Part shown: piece after piece, positions 59,037-64,000 of the stretch
Layout: every line of letters starts with the position of its first letter
Numbering within the stretch: the stretch's first letter is position 1
Assembly: GCA_902582355.1 (NCBI GenBank)
Contig: CACHRR010000002.1
Location: 92,864 to 156,863 of the forward strand
DNA from: an uncultured SAR86 cluster bacterium
Lineage (GTDB): Bacteria > Pseudomonadota > Gammaproteobacteria > Magnimaribacterales > D2472
Length of the DNA stretch: 64,000 nt
Reading direction: 5' to 3'
Notes under the pieces: generated by a model
What the model was told of the DNA's origin: nothing
The model's input: the letters and a program-made list of their open reading frames with translations, nothing else
Databases searched by the model: none
Made by a program: the position numbers and the translations under genes

Positions 59037-61207
59037 AAACTTTCTAAGTTTGCATAAGCCATTACTAACCATTTTGTTCCTGATTGATCAAAGTTTACTT
59101 GGACCCTGGCTGACTCACCTGAACCTTCATAATTTAATACAATACCCTCTCCAAATTTTTTGTGCTTAACTTTTTGACCCAAGGCTATGCCAATTTCTTT
59201 TTCAAACTCTATTTTGGTCTCACTAAAGTCTTTTCTATTATAAGGAATATTTGTTTGGGCTCTAGGTCTAATTTCGTCGATAAGATCTTTAGGTATTTCT
59301 TTTAGAAATCTTGAAGGTGGATTAAAAGTATCAGTTCCGTGCAATCTTCTTGACTCTGCATGAGTCACATATAATTTTTCCATTGCTCTTGTAATCGCAA
59401 CATAACAAAGCCTTCTTTCTTCTTCTAGCTGCGACGCACTCTCCATAGATCTGCCATGAGGAAACAAACTTTCTTCTAGGCCAGTAATTAGAACTAGTTT
59501 AAACTCTAGACCTTTAGCTGAATGCATAGTCATTAATTGAGCAGCATCTTCATATTCTGAAGCTTGTCTGTCACCAGAGTCAAGTGAAATTATATCAAGA
59601 TAACTTTCTGCAATTTCTATATTTGATTTCTCCTCTCTTATACTTTGTTCAAAATTTTTAGTTGCCGTAATTAATTCCTCAAGATTTTCAGTTCTGGTTT
59701 TGCCTTTTTCTCCAGGTTCTTTTGCATGGTAAGCATACAGTCCAGACTCTTTTATGATTAACTCCATCAACTCCGAGAGAGAGTTTTCCTCGATAAATTG
59801 TTTACATCCAATAATTAGATCTAAATAATCTCTAAGTCCATTTGCACCTCTACCTGATATTAATCTTTCATCCAATAGTTTTGCAGATGCTTTTGTATAT
59901 GAAATATTATATTTTTTTGAAATTTGCCTAATCTTATTAAGTGTTTTTTCTCCAACTCCCCTTGTTGGATTTGAAATTGATCTCTCAAAAGAGGGATTGT
60001 CACTATTATTAAAGATCACTCTCAAATACGAAATTGCATTTTTTATTTCCAACCTCTCGTAAAAACGAAGGCCTCCATATATTCTGTATGGAATACTCGC
60101 TCTTAACAAAGCTTCCTCGATAGCTCTAGATTGAGCATTCGATCTATATAAAATAACTGATTCTTCAAAAGCGCCACCTTTATTCATCCAATCTTTTAAA
60201 ACATCGGCTACAAATCTTGCTTCATCTTGTTCATTATATGCTTGATATAAAACAATCTGTTCACCTTCAACTTTTTCTGTCCAAAGGTTCTTTCCTAATC
60301 TATCTTTATTGTTATCAATCAATGCATTAGCTGCGTTAAGAATCACACTTGTTGATCTATAATTTTGTTCAAGTCTTACTATTTCAGCCTTCTGAAAATC
60401 TTTAGTAAAAGAATTAACATGTTCTACTTTTGCTCCTCTCCAACCATATATGGATTGATCATCATCACCCACAGCTGTGATATTAGTTTTATTTGAGCAT
60501 ATTTCTTTTAACCATTTATACTGAATCGTATTAGTATCTTGAAACTCATCTATTAAAATAGACTGAAATCTCGTATGAAAAAAATTTTTAACTGATTGAT
60601 GATTTACCAATATTTCATATGATTTTAATAACAATTCTCCAAAATCAACTAAATCATCCTTATTACACACTTCCTCATACTCTTTATATATTTTGTTAAT
60701 AGTTTCAGTATAAAAATCTCCTTTTTCATCAATATCTTTATTTCTTAAGCCTTCATCTTTCCATGAATTTATTTGCCATTGACTCTGTCTTGACGGCCAT
60801 GTGGCTTCATCTAGATTAAGTTCTTTTGAAATTCGTTTAATAATTCGCAATTGATCATCTGAGTCTAATATAGTAAATCCACTTGATATATCAGCCTCTT
60901 TGTAAAATCTTTTCAATAACTTATGAGAGAGTCCGTGAAATGTCCCAACCCATGAGTCTATAATTTGAGTTTGAAGCAATGATTCAATCCTTGAACGCAT
61001 CTCGTTTGCAGCTTTATTAGTGAAAGTAACTGCCATTATTGAAGAAGGATTTTTACCTAGTGCTTCTACCTCCCATGCAATTTTATGAACAAGAACTCTT
61101 GTCTTTCCAGAGCCTGCTCCAGCTAAAACAAGAATATGTTGTTTTTCAGAAGTAACAGCATTTCTCTGATTATCGTTTAAATTATCTAAAATATGAGATA
61201 CGTCCAT
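59033..61207 (-). CDS. uvrD: DNA helicase II
   Basis: 724 aa SF1 helicase with Walker A AGAGSGKT, DEFQDTN, QNYRS, and the C-terminal KFGEGIVL...VNF tail typical of UvrD rather than Rep. Confidence 0.85.
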   Translation of the reverse strand: MDVSHILDNLNDNQRNAVTSEKQHILVLAGAGSGKTRVLVHKIAWEVEALGKNPSSIMAVTFTNKAANEMRSRIESLLQTQIIDSWVGTFHGLSHKLLKRFYKEADISSGFTILDSDDQLRIIKRISKELNLDEATWPSRQSQWQINSWKDEGLRNKDIDEKGDFYTETINKIYKEYEEVCNKDDLVDFGELLLKSYEILVNHQSVKNFFHTRFQSILIDEFQDTNTIQYKWLKEICSNKTNITAVGDDDQSIYGWRGAKVEHVNSFTKDFQKAEIVRLEQNYRSTSVILNAANALIDNNKDRLGKNLWTEKVEGEQIVLYQAYNEQDEARFVADVLKDWMNKGGAFEESVILYRSNAQSRAIEEALLRASIPYRIYGGLRFYERLEIKNAISYLRVIFNNSDNPSFERSISNPTRGVGEKTLNKIRQISKKYNISYTKASAKLLDERLISGRGANGLRDYLDLIIGCKQFIEENSLSELMELIIKESGLYAYHAKEPGEKGKTRTENLEELITATKNFEQSIREEKSNIEIAESYLDIISLDSGDRQASEYEDAAQLMTMHSAKGLEFKLVLITGLEESLFPHGRSMESASQLEEERRLCYVAITRAMEKLYVTHAESRRLHGTDTFNPPSRFLKEIPKDLIDEIRPRAQTNIPYNRKDFSETKIEFEKEIGIALGQKVKHKKFGEGIVLNYEGSGESARVQVNFDQSGTKWLVMAYANLESL

Positions 61208-61249
61208 TTAGGGATTCATTTTTTTGTTTAAGTTAGATATTCTAACCCT

Positions 61250-62095
61250 ATGTCAACAAAATTATTGAGACAAATTAAAAATTCACTTCCTAAATTAAGA
61301 AAATCTGAAAGAACGGTTGGGGAATTTGTTCTGCATGATCCAAAATCAATTATTTGCATGAAGACAGCTCAGGCATCGAAGGCAATAGGGATAAGTGAGC
61401 CAACTTTGATAAGATTTTGTAAAGCTATTGGTTTTTCAGGTTTTCAAGAGTTAAAAATAAATCTTTCACAACAATTAGCTGCAGATGACTACTTTAAAAT
61501 GTATGAGATTGACGAAAATGATTCAACTCACGAATTGTGTGAGAAAGTTTTTGATACAACTATTAGTGAAATACTTAATGTAAGATCTCAAATAGATCAA
61601 GATATTCTTGAGAGTGCAATTGAAACACTTGTTAATTCTGAAAGAGTTGAGTTTTATGCATTTGGTGGATCAGCTCCAGTTGCTATGGATGCTCAACACA
61701 AATTTTTTAGATTAAAAATACCCTCATCATATATTTCTGATCCTCATCTTCAATTTATGTCAGCAAATTCTCTTGAAAAGAACGATGTTGTAGTAGCGAT
61801 ATCACAATCTGGTACAACTGCTGCCCTAATTGATAGTGTAAAAATTGTTAGGAAAAATGGGGTCAAAGTTATAGGAATTATGCCAGGAGAGACTCCTCTA
61901 TCAAAAATGTGTGATTACCCTTTAACAATAAATGTAGGAGTTGAAAATAGAATTTCTAAACCAGTTACATCAAGAATTGCATACACTGCAGTCATAGATG
62001 TCCTAACTATGGGAGTTGCACAACTAAAACCAGAAGCTCAAGAGCACCTTTATAACATTGCTGACAGTCAAAGATCTTTAAAGGTTGATAATTAA
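61250..62095 (+). CDS. RpiR/HexR-family transcriptional regulator
   Basis: 281 aa with an N-terminal HTH_6 (SKAIGISEPTLIRFCKAIGFSGFQELK) and a C-terminal SIS domain (ISQSGTT). Confidence 0.75.
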   Translation: MSTKLLRQIKNSLPKLRKSERTVGEFVLHDPKSIICMKTAQASKAIGISEPTLIRFCKAIGFSGFQELKINLSQQLAADDYFKMYEIDENDSTHELCEKVFDTTISEILNVRSQIDQDILESAIETLVNSERVEFYAFGGSAPVAMDAQHKFFRLKIPSSYISDPHLQFMSANSLEKNDVVVAISQSGTTAALIDSVKIVRKNGVKVIGIMPGETPLSKMCDYPLTINVGVENRISKPVTSRIAYTAVIDVLTMGVAQLKPEAQEHLYNIADSQRSLKVDN

Positions 62096-62108
62096 ATATG
62101 GAGAAAAT

Positions 62109-62525
62109 ATGAGTGATGAAATAAAAAAATTTTTTAGTACGTATACTGATTTTGTTACAAAAGTAACAAGTGATCCAAGCATGGATTTAGAGTCATTAAA
62201 GAAAAGCTTTATTGAGATCGAAGAAAATTCAGACATTAAAACACCTCGTCTTCTTACAGCTGCTTTAGGTTTAGGAAGTGAAACAGGTGAATTTGTTGAA
62301 ATAGTCAAAAAAATGTTTCTTCAAGGCAAGCCTCCATCTGAAGATAATGTTTTCCATATGAAAAGAGAGCTTGGAGATATTATGTGGTACTGGATAACTG
62401 CATGTGCTTCATTGGGCTTAGATCCGTATGAGGTAATAAGTGAAAATCAAGAAAAACTTGCAGCAAGATATGGTGAAAAGTTTGAAGTTGGTAGAAGTGA
62501 AATTAGAAAAAAAGGAGATTTATAG
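62109..62525 (+). CDS. MazG-like nucleoside-triphosphate pyrophosphohydrolase (small all-alpha type)
   Basis: The ATG at 62109 is preceded by GGAGAA. Metal-binding pairs are ETGEFVE and RELGDIMWYW. The track start at 62085 overlaps the regulator's end. Confidence 0.65.
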   Translation: MSDEIKKFFSTYTDFVTKVTSDPSMDLESLKKSFIEIEENSDIKTPRLLTAALGLGSETGEFVEIVKKMFLQGKPPSEDNVFHMKRELGDIMWYWITACASLGLDPYEVISENQEKLAARYGEKFEVGRSEIRKKGDL

Positions 62526-62542
62526 TTTAATAAATAATTTAT

Positions 62543-62905
62543 ATGATTATATTTTTAACATCTTTATATTTTATTTATGGATTTATTCTTTTTTATACAT
62601 ACTCAAAAGGATTCAGTCTTCTTAGATACCTCTTAAAAAGAAAAAATATTAATGTTCAGTTAACTATTGAATTGATATTCATAGTTTTGACTTCTTTAAT
62701 AGTTTTTACATCTCAGCCTACAAATTGGATTGTTGGCCTAATAATGCTTTTTCACGTTTGTGGTGTTGTATGGATCATTACAAATCCAGAAAGTTATTAC
62801 TCAATGGCAGACGATCCCTCTTTAGATATAGATACACTTGAAATATCAACCTCATTAATTTTAATTGGAATTGGAATATTTGTTTATTTCTCAAGAATAA
62901 TTTAA
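62543..62905 (+). CDS. Hypothetical four-TM membrane protein
   Basis: 120 aa and strongly hydrophobic. No family recognised. Confidence 0.45.
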   Translation: MIIFLTSLYFIYGFILFYTYSKGFSLLRYLLKRKNINVQLTIELIFIVLTSLIVFTSQPTNWIVGLIMLFHVCGVVWIITNPESYYSMADDPSLDIDTLEISTSLILIGIGIFVYFSRII

Positions 62906-63774
62906 ATAATATCTTTTAATCTTTTGTATAAGCTAGAAGTGTCCCATTTGCCTCCTCCAGCTTTTTGAATTTCCTTGTAGTAATTATTTACTAAATTAGT
63001 AACTTCCATATTTATATTTGAATCTTTTGCTTTATCTAGAACAATCTTTAAGTCTTTACTCATTAAATCTACTGCGAATCCATGATTATAAAAGTCTTTA
63101 ATCATACTATCTGCTCTATTTTCCATTTGCCAGGATTGAGCAGCTCCTTTAGATATAACATCTATTACTTCATTAGTATCTAATCCAACTCTATCTGAAA
63201 AATTCATACCCTCTGATAAGCCCTGCAATAATCCTGCTATACATATTTGATTCACCATTTTTGTCAATTGACCTGAACCACTTGGACCCATATATTTTAT
63301 GAATTTTGAATAGGGTTCTAGTATAAATTTATATTTATCAAAAATGCTTTCGTCTCCACCAACCATAATGGATAGCTGGCCTTTTTCAGCACCAGGTTGT
63401 CCACCTGATATAGGTGCATCTAAAAAATATATTCCTTTTGAGTTAAGTGATTCATTTATTTCTATTGGTAAGTCTGAAGAAGTAGTTGTGTGATCAACAA
63501 TTAATGAATCTGGTTTTAAGTTTTCTAATACTCCTTCTTTTTCAAAAATAATATCCCTTACGTCTTTATCATTACATAGACAGAGGATTAAGATATCTGA
63601 TCTTTGGCAAACATCTTTAACAGTATCACACTTAAAACCATTAAACTCTTTAGTCCAGTTATTGATCTTTTCTAATGATCTATTAAATACAGAAAGCTCA
63701 TGATATTTCGATAAATGGCCTGCCATATGGAAGCCCATTACTCCGAGTCCAATAAAGCCGATGGCTTTACTCAT
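62902..63774 (-). CDS. NAD(P)-dependent 3-hydroxyisobutyrate/beta-hydroxyacid dehydrogenase-family protein
   Basis: 290 aa with an N-terminal IGFIGLGVMGFHMAGHL Rossmann motif, DAPISGG and a 6PGDH-like helical C-domain. Confidence 0.75.
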   Translation of the reverse strand: MSKAIGFIGLGVMGFHMAGHLSKYHELSVFNRSLEKINNWTKEFNGFKCDTVKDVCQRSDILILCLCNDKDVRDIIFEKEGVLENLKPDSLIVDHTTTSSDLPIEINESLNSKGIYFLDAPISGGQPGAEKGQLSIMVGGDESIFDKYKFILEPYSKFIKYMGPSGSGQLTKMVNQICIAGLLQGLSEGMNFSDRVGLDTNEVIDVISKGAAQSWQMENRADSMIKDFYNHGFAVDLMSKDLKIVLDKAKDSNINMEVTNLVNNYYKEIQKAGGGKWDTSSLYKRLKDII

Positions 63775-63938
63775 ACAATATAATCTTCTCTATCTTTTTT
63801 TGCGGTTCTTTTCTTACCGTCAGCAGTTTGATATTCAGACGTAATACCTTTCGTTCCTTCAAAGTTCTTTAATAAAAGCATATAAATAGCAGACATTACT
63901 ATCCATAAAATTGGGATTATAATTATTGATTCAATCAT
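63771..63938 (-). CDS. Small single-TM ORF (55 aa) coupled to the dehydrogenase gene
   Basis: Manual translation gives MIESIIIIPILWIVMSAIYMLLLKNFEGTKGITSEYQTADGKKRTAKKDREDYIV. Its TGA overlaps the downstream ATG (ATGA). Confidence 0.35.
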   Translation of the reverse strand: MIESIIIIPILWIVMSAIYMLLLKNFEGTKGITSEYQTADGKKRTAKKDREDYIV

Positions 63939-64000
63939 CTAGTCATTAATGTAAATTTATATTTGTTAATTGTCTATTTTAAGTTTAAATTCTTCAAAGG

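Noticed and set aside
61208-61249. Search for a LexA SOS box (CTGT-N8-ACAG) upstream of uvrD.
   Set aside because: No CTGT/ACAG pair is present in the 42-nt divergent spacer.
1-64000. CRISPR arrays, transposases, integrases, prophage genes, restriction-modification or other defence modules, toxin-antitoxin pairs, and rRNA, tmRNA, RNase P or SRP RNAs.
   Set aside because: None could be recognised. All sizeable ORFs have housekeeping-type signatures or are small hydrophobic proteins. No long or regularly spaced repeats were seen by eye. A computational repeat and ncRNA scan would still be needed for certainty.

Overview
This is a very AT-rich, tightly packed chromosomal segment. Its gene order is typical of a free-living gammaproteobacterium: rph-pyrE, gmk-rpoZ-spoT-ridA, mutY-yggX, lgt-thyA-folA, yggS-proC-yggT-metX-metW-rdgB, lipB-lipA. 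A streamlined marine lineage such as SAR86 is only my guess.

About 80 features can be supported, almost all of them housekeeping. I found one tRNA-Phe. I found no rRNA, CRISPR array, integrase, transposase, phage genes or recognisable defence genes, and I do not see a discrete new multi-gene system. Read honestly, this is an ordinary core region with several smaller oddities.

Observations worth a second look:
- A eukaryote-like type II glutamine synthetase sits where glnA normally precedes ntrBC.
- The only large gap (386 nt) holds a two-helix membrane reading frame broken by one in-frame TAA, plus A/T palindromes and direct repeats.
- A 57-aa rubredoxin is missing from the ORF track. It is translationally coupled to a cation/dicarboxylate-amino acid symporter and lies divergent from ubiCA.
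- A six-gene TonB2/Ttp-type energy-transduction operon has no receptor gene nearby.
- A membrane pyrophosphatase carries residues typical of Na+-pumping, K+-dependent enzymes.
- All nine annotated convergent gene pairs overlap, seven of them by a shared 4-nt stop.
- Also noted: a three-phosphatase operon, a split TRAP transporter and an orphan fused iron-type ABC permease.

All functional calls come from motifs and remembered family signatures, not from searches. Several ORF-track starts look over-extended and were trimmed to internal starts.
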